Of a stretch of 62,482 nucleotides of DNA, positions 1 to 8,956 are shown piece by piece. How positions within the stretch are numbered: the stretch's first letter is position 1; each line of letters starts with the position of its first letter. The translations under genes were made by a program, and so were the position numbers. The notes below the pieces were generated by a model. It saw only the letters and a list, made by a program, of their open reading frames with translations, was not told the DNA's origin and made no database searches. This stretch comes from an uncultured Bacilli bacterium (GTDB lineage Bacteria; Bacillota_I; Bacilli_A; RF39; UBA660): positions 1-62,482 of the forward strand of contig CAKOXI010000005.1 of assembly GCA_934130045.1 (NCBI GenBank), read 5' to 3'.

Positions 1-42
1 GATTCAAAGACCCCTGATATAATCTGCCCTTACTCAAACGTG

Positions 43-76
43 TTTTTTAATCTTTCTTATAAGAAAGATTAAAAAA
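43..76. terminator. Bidirectional intrinsic-terminator-like hairpin
   Basis: Perfect inverted repeat AATCTTTCTT (49-58) / AAGAAAGATT (61-70), flanked by a T-run (43-48) and an A-run (71-76). Confidence 0.6.
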
Positions 77-113
77 TATTGTATCATAAACTAATGAGTA
101 TTTTTTTCATTAA

Positions 114-142
114 TTTACATCTTAAAGTATACATGATATAAT
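114..142 (+). promoter_or_regulatory. Sigma-A-type promoter for the P-type ATPase gene
   Basis: TTTACA (114-119), 17-nt spacer, TATAAT (137-142) preceded by TG (extended -10). Lies about 30 nt upstream of the RBS/ATG at 170. Confidence 0.5.
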
Positions 143-169
143 TTAATTGTTAAGTTTTGAAGGTGAATT

Positions 170-2497
170 ATGAATAACAATGTAAAAAGGTATGAAGCTA
201 ATATAAATGTTGGATTAACAGATGAACAAGTTACATCTAGATTAAATGATGGACTTTATAATTTTGATACTACTGTAAAAACAAAATCAATTAAAGAAAT
301 TATTATGTCTAATGTTTTTACACTTTTTAATTTAATAAATATTATTTTAGGAATATTAGTTTTTATTGTTGGTTCAATTAAAAATGTGCTTTTTTTAGGT
401 GTAATATTTTGCAATATTTTAATAGGTATTATTCAAGAAATTCGTTCTAAAAAAATAATTGATAAATTATCTATAATATCCAGCACAAAATCAACTGTTT
501 TAAGAAATGGGAAAAAAGTTGAGGTTGATATTAATAATATAGTTCTTGATGATATTATTATTTTTGAATTGGGTAACCAAATTATTGTTGATTCCTATAT
601 TTTAAATGGTAGTGTTGAAGTAAATGAATCATTTATAACAGGAGAAGCAGATACTGTTATAAAAAAAAGTGGTGATTTATTATTATCTGGTAGTTTCGTT
701 GTATCAGGTGGCGCTATATGTAGAGTAGAACATATAGGATGTGAAAACTACACTTCTACCATTTCTAGTGAAGCAAAGTATATAAAAAAAGTTAATTCTG
801 AAATAATGAATTCGTTAAATAAAATAATAAAAATTATTTCTTATTTTATTTTTCCTCTTGGAATACTATTATTTTTACATCAAATGTCTATAGATGGCAA
901 TAGTATAAATAATGCGATTATAAATACTGTTGCAGCAATTATAGGTATGATTCCAGAAGGATTAGTACTACTTACATCAACTGTATTAGCAGTTAGTGTT
1001 ATAAGGATTAGTAAGTATAATTGCTTAGTTCAAGATTTATTTAGTATTGAAACTTTATCTAGAGTAGATACTTTATGTTTAGATAAAACTGGAACTTTAA
1101 CTGAGGGAATTTTAGAGGTTATTGATGTATATATCTATAATAATAATTATAATATAAAGAATATATTGTCATCCATGATAGGTTCTTTTGATTATTTTAA
1201 TAGTACATTAGATGCAATAAAAGATAAGTATGGTAGTGATAAAATATATAAAGCTCAAGAAGTTATAAATTTTTCATCTGAAAGAAAGTATTCAGCCGTT
1301 CATTTTATGAATGAAGGTACTTTTGTTTTAGGGGCACCTGAGATTATATTAGAAAATATTCCACTTGATTTAAAAGAAAAAATAAATGCTAATTCAAAAT
1401 ACCGCATATTGCTACTTGGGAAAACTACTAGTTTAGATATACAAAATACCATTCCCATAGCGTTAATTTTTATTAAAGACAAAATTAGAAATAGTGCTAG
1501 TGAAACACTTAAATATTTTTATTCACAAGGCGTTGATATAAAAATAATATCAGGTGATAATCCTTTAACTGTTGCTAGTGTAGCTAGTGAGTGTGGTTTA
1601 AATAATATTAATTATATTGATGCTAGAACTTTGTTAACTGATAATGAAATAAAATGTGCATTAAATAAATATAATATTTTTGGTAGGGTTACTCCAGCAC
1701 AAAAGAAAAAAATAATTATTTCTTTAAAAGAATTAGGACATACTGTTGCAATGGTAGGGGATGGAGTAAATGATGTACTTGCACTAAAAGAATCCGATTG
1801 TAGTGTTGCACTTGCTAATGGAAGTGATGCAACTCGCAATGTTTCACAATTAGTATTATTAGATTCTAATTTTAGTTCAATGCCTAAAGTTGTGTTAGAG
1901 GGAAGACGTACTATCAACAATATTGAAAGATCGGCAACTTTATTTTTAGTAAAAACAATTTATTCTTTTATTTTATGTTTGTTATTTATTTTTATAAATA
2001 AACCATATCCCTTTGTTCCAATTCAACTTACATTAACTAGTGTATTAACAATTGGAATTCCTTCTTTTGTTTTAGCGCTTGAACCTAATAATGAAAGAAT
2101 TAAAGGAAATTTCTTATACAATGTTATAGCTTCTTCTTTACCAACAGCTTTAACGATTGTTTTTAATATTATAATAATTATGGTTTTATCATCAGTATTT
2201 AAGTTTAGTGTAGTTCAAAGTAGTACATTATGTGTAATATTAACGGGTTTCACCGGATTTACTTTGCTATATCATTTATGTAAACCGTTTAATATAATAA
2301 GATTTGTTTTGTTTTTTAGTAATTTAGTGGCATTTATTTTTGGTATTATAGGATTAAGAAATTTATTTTCACTTTCTATATTAAATGTAAAAATGATTAT
2401 TATAATAACTATTTTAATGGTAATAACTTATTTAATTACTTTATTTTTTAACAATTTAGTAAAGGAAGTATTGGATAAAAAAAGAAAGGATTTGTGA
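170..2497 (+). CDS. Cation-transporting P-type ATPase (HAD-IC family)
   Basis: 775 aa. Phosphorylation motif CLDKTGTLTEG, TGEA actuator motif, hinge GDGVNDVLALKESD, multiple TM helices at both ends. Confidence 0.9.
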   Translation: MNNNVKRYEANINVGLTDEQVTSRLNDGLYNFDTTVKTKSIKEIIMSNVFTLFNLINIILGILVFIVGSIKNVLFLGVIFCNILIGIIQEIRSKKIIDKLSIISSTKSTVLRNGKKVEVDINNIVLDDIIIFELGNQIIVDSYILNGSVEVNESFITGEADTVIKKSGDLLLSGSFVVSGGAICRVEHIGCENYTSTISSEAKYIKKVNSEIMNSLNKIIKIISYFIFPLGILLFLHQMSIDGNSINNAIINTVAAIIGMIPEGLVLLTSTVLAVSVIRISKYNCLVQDLFSIETLSRVDTLCLDKTGTLTEGILEVIDVYIYNNNYNIKNILSSMIGSFDYFNSTLDAIKDKYGSDKIYKAQEVINFSSERKYSAVHFMNEGTFVLGAPEIILENIPLDLKEKINANSKYRILLLGKTTSLDIQNTIPIALIFIKDKIRNSASETLKYFYSQGVDIKIISGDNPLTVASVASECGLNNINYIDARTLLTDNEIKCALNKYNIFGRVTPAQKKKIIISLKELGHTVAMVGDGVNDVLALKESDCSVALANGSDATRNVSQLVLLDSNFSSMPKVVLEGRRTINNIERSATLFLVKTIYSFILCLLFIFINKPYPFVPIQLTLTSVLTIGIPSFVLALEPNNERIKGNFLYNVIASSLPTALTIVFNIIIIMVLSSVFKFSVVQSSTLCVILTGFTGFTLLYHLCKPFNIIRFVLFFSNLVAFIFGIIGLRNLFSLSILNVKMIIIITILMVITYLITLFFNNLVKEVLDKKRKDL

Positions 2498-2499
2498 TT

Positions 2500-5400
2500 A
2501 TGAAAAAAATTATAACGGTTGATGGAAATGAAGCTTGTAGTTATGCATCTTACATGTTTACAGAGGTAGCTGGTATTTATCCTATTACTCCTGCTAGTCC
2601 CATGGCTGAACATATTGATGAATGGAGTAACAAACATGTTTTAAATTTATTTAATGATACTGTGCATATTGTTGAGATGCAAAGTGAGGCAGGCGCTATT
2701 GGTATGGTTCATGGCGCTTTACAGTCTGGACTTTTAGCAACGACTTATACAGCAAGCCAAGGATTACTTTTAATGATTCCTAATATGTATAAAATTGCAG
2801 GAGAGATGTTGCCTTGTGTTATTCATGTTGCAGCGAGAAGCATAGCTAGTCATGCACTTTCTATTTTTGGTGATCATCAAGATATATATGCTACTAGAAT
2901 GACTGGTTTTTGTAATTTGGCTTCATCATCAGTACAGGATTCATTTTATATGTCATTAGTTGCTCATTTATCAACAATTACATCATCAATTCCTTTTCTG
3001 CATTTTTTTGATGGATTTCGCACTAGTCATGAAATTGATAAAATTGAAGTTCTTGATATTGAAGATGTAAGACCTTTAGTTGATTTTAAATCTATACAAA
3101 AATTTAGAAATAGAGCCCTTAATTTAAATAACAAAGTTACTAGAGGAACTGCTCAAAACGATGATATTTATTTTCAAGCATTAGAGGTTAGAAATAAATA
3201 TTATAATAATGTTCCAGATATAGTTAATAATTATATGGAAAATATAAATAAAATTGCTAATACTGATTATAAACCTTTTATGTATTATGGAGACAAATTA
3301 GCTAAAAATATAATTGTTGCTATGGGCTCAGTTTGTGAAACAATAAAAGAAACTATCGATGAATTAAATAAAAATAATTATTGTGTAGGTTTAATTGAAG
3401 TACATTTATATAGACCATTTAGTTTAAAATATTTTTTTAATGTTTTACCTAAAAGCGTAGAAAAAATAGCTGTTTTAGATAGAACTAAAGAACCAGGTAG
3501 TATTGGCGAACCATTGTATTTGGATATAGTAAATGCTTTAAGTAATAAAAATGTTAAAATTGTTGGTGGTAGGTATGGATTAGGTAGTAAAAATACAACC
3601 CCTGCCCAAATTAAAGCAGTTTATGATATGTTGAACAGTGATTTAAAAAATAATTTTACAATAGGTATAAATGATGATGTAACTAATTTAAGTTTGGATG
3701 TTGATGATAATTTTAAAATTAATAATCATGATGAATTCTTAATATATGGCTTTGGTAGTGATGGAATGGTTGGAGCATCAAAGTCTATTATTAAATTAAT
3801 TGGTGATAATACTAATAAATATGTTCAAGGTTATTTTCAATATGATTCCAAAAAATCTGGTGGTGTAACTATTTCCCATTTGAGATTTTCTGATTCTATT
3901 ATTAATTCTACTTATTATGTAGAAAATCCTAAATTAGTGGTTGTTAGTAAAGATAGTTATTTAAATGAATTTGAATTATTAGATAATATACAAGAAAATG
4001 GTACTTTTATTTTAAATACCCAAATGACTGATTTAGAATTGAATAAAAAATTAACTAAAAAAATAAAACAGATTATTAAAAGTAAAAATATCAATTTTTA
4101 TGTTATTAATGCCTATGAACTTGCTAGAAAAGTAGGACTTAATAATAAGATTAGTATTATTATGGAAAGCGTTATTATTAAGTTTGCCAATCTCATCGAT
4201 TATGAATTTGCAAAAGAAAAAATAAAGGAATATGTTAGACAAAAATTCTTTAAAAAAGGTGAAGATGTTGTTAATGCAAACTTAAGCGCTATTGAAGATT
4301 ACCATTTATATTTAAGGAAATTTGATGTTGATGATGAAAATTATGGAAATGAAATAGCTGTGGATTTAAAAAATGTATATGATGCAATGACAAAAAGAAG
4401 AGGTTATGATTTGAGTGTAAGTGCATTTTTAAAATATCCAGATGGTACTTTTGAAGGTGGAACTAGTTGTTTAGAAAAAAGAGGAATTAATGATTTAGTT
4501 CCTAGTTGGATTAGTGAAAATTGTATACAATGTAATCAATGTTCTTTCGTATGCCCACATAGTGTAATTAGACCTTTTTTGTTAAATGATATGGAATATA
4601 AGAGTGCTCCAGATTATGTAAAAAATAGGTGTGTAAAATCTATTGGATCTAATAATTATTATTGTTTAGCAATTTCTATTAAAGACTGTACAGGTTGTGG
4701 TATATGCATTAAAACGTGCCCTGGCAAAAAAAATGAAAAAGCTTTAATTATAAAGAAATTAAAGGAACAACTTGATATTGGTGAACAAAAATTATTTGAT
4801 TATTTATCTAAAAATATTAGTTATAAAAATGATTTTAAAATTGATACAGTAAAGGGAAGTCAATTCAAAACTCCTAAATTTGAATATTGTGGTGCTTGTA
4901 GTGGTTGTGGAGAAGTCAGTTATTTAAAAGTATTAACACAATTATTTGGGGACTCTATTATTATTGCTAATGCAACAGGATGTTCATCTATATATGGTGG
5001 AAGTGCACCAATAACACCTTATAAACTTCCATGGGCTAATTCGCTTTTTGAGGATAATGCAGAATATGGATATGGAATGTTGGTTGCTAATAACACTGCT
5101 CGTAATAGAATAAAAAATATTATGAGTGATAATTTAAAAGGTAAAAATGGTAAATTATTTGAACTTTGGTTAAATAATTATGATAATTATGAAGTTACAA
5201 AAAATGTATACGATAACCTAGATTATAATGATTGTCCAAAGGAATTAATTCAATTAAAAGAATATATTCCTTATAGATCAATATGGACAGTTGGTGGAGA
5301 TGGTTGGGCTTATGATATTGGATTTGGGGGAATTGATCATGTACTTGCAAGTAGTGATAATGTAAATATTTTAGTACTTGATACACAAGTTTATTCAAAT

Positions 5401-5925
5401 ACTGGTGGGCAAGTATCTAAATCAAGTCCAAAGGGTTCTATTGCGTCTTTTGCAACGAGTGGTAAAAAACAATGTAAGAAGGATTTAGCACGTATTGCTT
5501 TATCAATTCCAAATGTTTATGTAGCCCAAGTATCACTTGGAGCTAACATGATACAATTTATTAAAGCTTTAAAAGAAGCTGAAGCACATATCGGACCTTC
5601 TATAATTATCGCATATTCTACTTGTATATCCCATGGTATAAAGGGAGGAATGCAAAATAGTTTAGAAATGCAAAGAAAGGCTGTTCAATGTGGATATTAT
5701 CCAATTTTTAGATATAATCCTTTAAATGATAACTTTATATTAGATAGTAAAAATGTTGATTTTGATTTATATGATGAGTTTTTAAATTCACAAACTAGAT
5801 ATTCAGCATTAAAAAAGATATGTGATGATGCAGACAGTTTATTAAAAAGTAATAAAGAAGAGGCAATTAAAAGATATAAATATTATAAGTCGTTAGAAAG
5901 TAGTAGTGGTAATGATGAAATATAA
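2500..5925 (+). CDS. nifJ: Pyruvate:ferredoxin (flavodoxin) oxidoreductase, single-polypeptide PFOR
   Basis: N-terminal DGNEA...YPITPASPM. Two 4Fe-4S motifs (CIQCNQCSFVCP, CTGCGICIKTCP). TPP-binding GGDGWAYDIGFGG. ATG at 2500 preferred over the GTG at 2494 that overlaps the upstream stop. Confidence 0.93.
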   Translation: MKKIITVDGNEACSYASYMFTEVAGIYPITPASPMAEHIDEWSNKHVLNLFNDTVHIVEMQSEAGAIGMVHGALQSGLLATTYTASQGLLLMIPNMYKIAGEMLPCVIHVAARSIASHALSIFGDHQDIYATRMTGFCNLASSSVQDSFYMSLVAHLSTITSSIPFLHFFDGFRTSHEIDKIEVLDIEDVRPLVDFKSIQKFRNRALNLNNKVTRGTAQNDDIYFQALEVRNKYYNNVPDIVNNYMENINKIANTDYKPFMYYGDKLAKNIIVAMGSVCETIKETIDELNKNNYCVGLIEVHLYRPFSLKYFFNVLPKSVEKIAVLDRTKEPGSIGEPLYLDIVNALSNKNVKIVGGRYGLGSKNTTPAQIKAVYDMLNSDLKNNFTIGINDDVTNLSLDVDDNFKINNHDEFLIYGFGSDGMVGASKSIIKLIGDNTNKYVQGYFQYDSKKSGGVTISHLRFSDSIINSTYYVENPKLVVVSKDSYLNEFELLDNIQENGTFILNTQMTDLELNKKLTKKIKQIIKSKNINFYVINAYELARKVGLNNKISIIMESVIIKFANLIDYEFAKEKIKEYVRQKFFKKGEDVVNANLSAIEDYHLYLRKFDVDDENYGNEIAVDLKNVYDAMTKRRGYDLSVSAFLKYPDGTFEGGTSCLEKRGINDLVPSWISENCIQCNQCSFVCPHSVIRPFLLNDMEYKSAPDYVKNRCVKSIGSNNYYCLAISIKDCTGCGICIKTCPGKKNEKALIIKKLKEQLDIGEQKLFDYLSKNISYKNDFKIDTVKGSQFKTPKFEYCGACSGCGEVSYLKVLTQLFGDSIIIANATGCSSIYGGSAPITPYKLPWANSLFEDNAEYGYGMLVANNTARNRIKNIMSDNLKGKNGKLFELWLNNYDNYEVTKNVYDNLDYNDCPKELIQLKEYIPYRSIWTVGGDGWAYDIGFGGIDHVLASSDNVNILVLDTQVYSNTGGQVSKSSPKGSIASFATSGKKQCKKDLARIALSIPNVYVAQVSLGANMIQFIKALKEAEAHIGPSIIIAYSTCISHGIKGGMQNSLEMQRKAVQCGYYPIFRYNPLNDNFILDSKNVDFDLYDEFLNSQTRYSALKKICDDADSLLKSNKEEAIKRYKYYKSLESSSGNDEI

Positions 5926-6340
5926 AAGTTTGATAATTTTTGATGTTGCTAAAAGAAGTGATATTCTTGCTATAGCTTTATGCAAAGATAGCAAGAAAAT
6001 AAATCCTTTACCAAATGATAGATACGCAATTAATTGTTTTTTTCATGACGATAAACATCCATCGATGATATTAGATAGAAAAAACAATAGATATTATTGT
6101 CATTGTTGTAAAGAAACTGGTAACGCTATTGATTTACTTATGAATCTTTATAATTTAAAATTTATAACTAGTGTGGAAACTTTGGCATATACTTTTAATA
6201 TTAGTTTACCTAAAAGGTATAATGTTGATGTTGATTATAGTGTAGCTAATAAAATAAAAAATATAGTTAATTCTGAGAGTTATAAAGATTTAATAAATGG
6301 TAGTTATCAGAAAACATTAAAAAAGACATTAAAAAAATAA
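5906..6340 (+). CDS. Stand-alone CHC2 (DnaG-primase-type) zinc-finger protein
   Basis: CFFHDDKHPSMILDRKNNRYYCHCC matches the CxxH-x-P-S...CxxC primase zinc finger. No Toprim or helicase-binding part. Start uncertain (GTG 5906, ATG 5912 or 5915); overlaps the PFOR 3' end. Confidence 0.6.
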   Translation: MVMMKYKSLIIFDVAKRSDILAIALCKDSKKINPLPNDRYAINCFFHDDKHPSMILDRKNNRYYCHCCKETGNAIDLLMNLYNLKFITSVETLAYTFNISLPKRYNVDVDYSVANKIKNIVNSESYKDLINGSYQKTLKKTLKK

Positions 6341-6364
6341 CTGAGAAATCAGTTATTTTTTTTG
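6337..6364. terminator. Bidirectional intrinsic terminator between convergent genes
   Basis: ATAACTGA (6337-6344) / TCAGTTAT (6349-6356) with GAAA loop, A-run upstream and T-run downstream. Both convergent stop codons (6338-6340 on + and 6353-6355 on -) lie inside the stem. Confidence 0.7.
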
Positions 6365-6976
6365 AAAATATTTAGAAATAATTGCTTCAAATGTACTATA
6401 TTCAGAATATCCAACTTGTGAATCTACAATTTTACCATCTTTAACAATTAACATCATTGGTGTATAACCATAAGCAGTATTTTCACCCTTAAAGAAATCT
6501 TCATCAAGAGCAATTATTCTGTTTGCGTCATCTTGGCTTACAGTAGTTATATCTAGATATAATGGTTGTAAATCATAGTTTGATTGAATTTGTTTTAAAA
6601 CAGGTAAAAATTTAACACAATATCCGCATGTAGCTCTACCTAAATATATAAGTTGAGTTTCACTACCGTTATATGCTTCAATAAATTCATCAGTATCAAT
6701 TGCTTTAAAACTACTTACATCGTATGTTGTATTATCACTACTAGTTGTAGTAGTTTTTGTAGTATCGTTAGTTTCACTATTACTACTTCCTTTAATTGCT
6801 GATATAATTAAATTTAATGCTAATAATGCAATTATGATATATAAACATACCAATATTTTATTAAAAAATGGTGTGTTATCAAATGAAATAGTTTCTTTTA
6901 CTACTGAATTATGTGCATTTTCATATTTGTCGCTTGTATCATAAATATCTTCTGTTTTTTTTGTACTCTTTGCCAT
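6353..6976 (-). CDS. Membrane-anchored thioredoxin-like thiol:disulfide oxidoreductase
   Basis: One TM helix, Thr/Ser-rich linker, thioredoxin fold with CGYC active site. GGAGG sits 8 nt upstream of the ATG at 6976, so that start is preferred over the ORF-track start at 6991. Confidence 0.75.
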   Translation of the reverse strand: MAKSTKKTEDIYDTSDKYENAHNSVVKETISFDNTPFFNKILVCLYIIIALLALNLIISAIKGSSNSETNDTTKTTTTSSDNTTYDVSSFKAIDTDEFIEAYNGSETQLIYLGRATCGYCVKFLPVLKQIQSNYDLQPLYLDITTVSQDDANRIIALDEDFFKGENTAYGYTPMMLIVKDGKIVDSQVGYSEYSTFEAIISKYFQKK

Positions 6977-7063
6977 ATCTTTTACCTCCATGATAATTTT
7001 AACATATCTATTTTAGTGTTTCAATATAAAAAACAAATTTCATTTAATTTTCACATAATTATA

Positions 7064-7321
7064 TTAAAGTTTACTTTTTAAAAATTTTTCAAACATTGGT
7101 AATCCATAATTTTTATCATAGTAATTTGGAAATTCATTTAAGTGTGCTAAAGCTATCTTAGCAGTTTTTTCTAAATCATTATTTGTTACGTTTGTTTTTA
7201 AATTAACGGTTCCATGTTCTAATTCTATATTTAATCCAGTTAAAAAATCTTCAACTGTGAATTTATCAAATAATATACCTAATTTATTAGCAATGTAAGT
7301 CGCATCTTTTTTTTCAAACAT
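7064..7321 (-). CDS. Small conserved hypothetical protein (DUF5661-like, from memory)
   Basis: Motif LEHGTVN...TNNDLEKTAKIALAHLNEFPNYY. ATG at 7321 with GGTGA RBS preferred over the TTG at 7336. Confidence 0.45.
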   Translation of the reverse strand: MFEKKDATYIANKLGILFDKFTVEDFLTGLNIELEHGTVNLKTNVTNNDLEKTAKIALAHLNEFPNYYDKNYGLPMFEKFLKSKL

Positions 7322-7418
7322 AATATCACCATTCAAATTATATGTTTAAATATGATACATTATTGATAATATTATCAGCAAATGATATAATATTTATGCT
7401 TATAGTGGAGGATATTTT

Positions 7419-7952
7419 ATGAAGAAAAATTTGTTATATATTTTTTTAGTTGTTTTTTTGATGAGTGGTTGTAGTAGTGAAAATATAGATAAAACAATAG
7501 ATAATGAAAATTTAAATAAAGTAAATAGTGAAGAAAATAGTATTCAAAATGATAATTTAAATATTAATGATAGTGAATATGGTGATGTTCAAAATGATAA
7601 TTTGAGTGATATAGATGAATCTAATTTTTATGTAATAGGTGCACAAAAATTTAAAGAAATGGTAAATAGTGATGAAAAATATTTATTTTTTATTGGTAGA
7701 GATACATGTCCTGCTTGCAAACAGTTTAAACAAATAGCGTCTTCTTTTTCTAGTAAAGAAAAAATAAATATTTATTATGTAAATACAACTGATTTCAATC
7801 AAAATGAATGGAATACTGTAACTGAAATTGTAGATATTAGTTATATTCCTACTATTATAGTTAGTTATAATTCTAAAATTTTATATAATGAGTATGGTGT
7901 TCATCAATATGATAAATTAAAGAATTTAGTTGATGAATATAGTTTAAAATAA
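7419..7952 (+). CDS. Thioredoxin-like lipoprotein
   Basis: Lipobox LMSGC, Asn/Asp-rich linker, CPAC active site in FFIGRDTCPACKQF. Paralogous layout to the 6353-6976 gene (YLGRATCGYCVKF). Confidence 0.75.
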   Translation: MKKNLLYIFLVVFLMSGCSSENIDKTIDNENLNKVNSEENSIQNDNLNINDSEYGDVQNDNLSDIDESNFYVIGAQKFKEMVNSDEKYLFFIGRDTCPACKQFKQIASSFSSKEKINIYYVNTTDFNQNEWNTVTEIVDISYIPTIIVSYNSKILYNEYGVHQYDKLKNLVDEYSLK

Positions 7953-8016
7953 TATTTATATTATTGTTTTTAAATCGTTTTTTTGATAATATAAATTATA
8001 GTTAGGACTTGGTAAT

Positions 8017-8943
8017 ATGAAAATAAAAATTAAATCATATTGTGGTAGATTAGGATTTATTTTAAGAAAATTAATTCCAAATGTTTGCAGTAATTCATAT
8101 CTTTTTTTTCAAAGAAGACTTTCAAATTTACCTAATCTAAAATATATGACATTAAAAGGTGATTATTATATACCGTTATTTGTAAATATTGAAACCATAA
8201 ATAAATGTAATGGATTATGTTCTTTTTGTACCTGTAATGTTAAAGAAGATAAAAGAAAATTACTTATAATGGATGATACATTATTTAAAAAGATAATATC
8301 TGATTTAGAAAAAATTAATTATGACGGTGTAATAACTCTTAACATAAATAATGAACCATTTTTAGATAAAACTTTAATTGATAAATTAAAATATGTTAGA
8401 AAAAAAATACCTAAAGCATATTCCTATTTATATACAAATGGCAGTATGCTTAATGTTAAATTAATGCAAGAAATTATTGATTTTAAACTTTTAGATGAAT
8501 TGGTAATTAATAATTATAATACTAGTTATGAATTAAATAATCACAATAAAAAATTATATAATTTTTTTAAAGACGAAGATTTAGATTTTAAGGTTACTAT
8601 AAATTTAAGATATGTTCATGAAGTTTTAAGTAATAGGGCAAATACTTCTCCAAATAAAATGGGTAAAAAAATAATTAATTCTTATTGTTCAATTCCATTT
8701 ACTGATTTAAATATTTTTCCAAATGGTAATATTGGAATTTGTTGCTGTGATACTAGGGAAATTACTAATTTTGGAAATGCTTTAAATGAAAATTTAATTG
8801 ATATTTTTAATAATAATAAATTTAAGAATTTAAGGGAAAAATTAGTAAATGGTAGAAATAATAATGAATTTTGTAAATTTTGCGATTTTAACGATATTGG
8901 TACAAGAAGAAAAAGAATTAAAAATAAATTAAAAAATAAATAG
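8017..8943 (+). CDS. Radical SAM protein with Cys-rich SPASM/twitch-like C-terminus
   Basis: CNGLCSFC (CX3CX2C) near the N-terminus. C-terminal cysteines CSIPF...GICCCD...CKFCDF. Confidence 0.75.
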   Translation: MKIKIKSYCGRLGFILRKLIPNVCSNSYLFFQRRLSNLPNLKYMTLKGDYYIPLFVNIETINKCNGLCSFCTCNVKEDKRKLLIMDDTLFKKIISDLEKINYDGVITLNINNEPFLDKTLIDKLKYVRKKIPKAYSYLYTNGSMLNVKLMQEIIDFKLLDELVINNYNTSYELNNHNKKLYNFFKDEDLDFKVTINLRYVHEVLSNRANTSPNKMGKKIINSYCSIPFTDLNIFPNGNIGICCCDTREITNFGNALNENLIDIFNNNKFKNLREKLVNGRNNNEFCKFCDFNDIGTRRKRIKNKLKNK

Positions 8944-8956
8944 AAATGGTGATACT

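Noticed and set aside
1-42. The window's 5' edge is noticeably less AT-rich than its surroundings and precedes a bidirectional terminator. I considered the 3' end of a structured RNA or the end of a CDS.
   Set aside because: It is too short and truncated to assign. Reading frames terminate at 12-14 and 19-21, or remain open, and no tRNA T-arm/ACCA or other diagnostic RNA motif is visible.
1300-2637. Minus-strand ORFs of 60-102 aa (1300-1482, 1612-1920, 2428-2637) inside the P-type ATPase/PFOR genes. Similar antisense or out-of-frame ORFs occur elsewhere: 4051-4242, 5195-5398, 15840-16043, 16425-16613, 20118-20318, 21230-21418, 33909-34160, 35640-36156, 40830-41175, 41887-42078, 44425-44625, 46761-46970 and 53859-54137.
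   Set aside because: All are nested in longer ORFs that carry clear family motifs. They lack RBSs and have low-complexity composition. Such shadow ORFs are expected opposite long genes.
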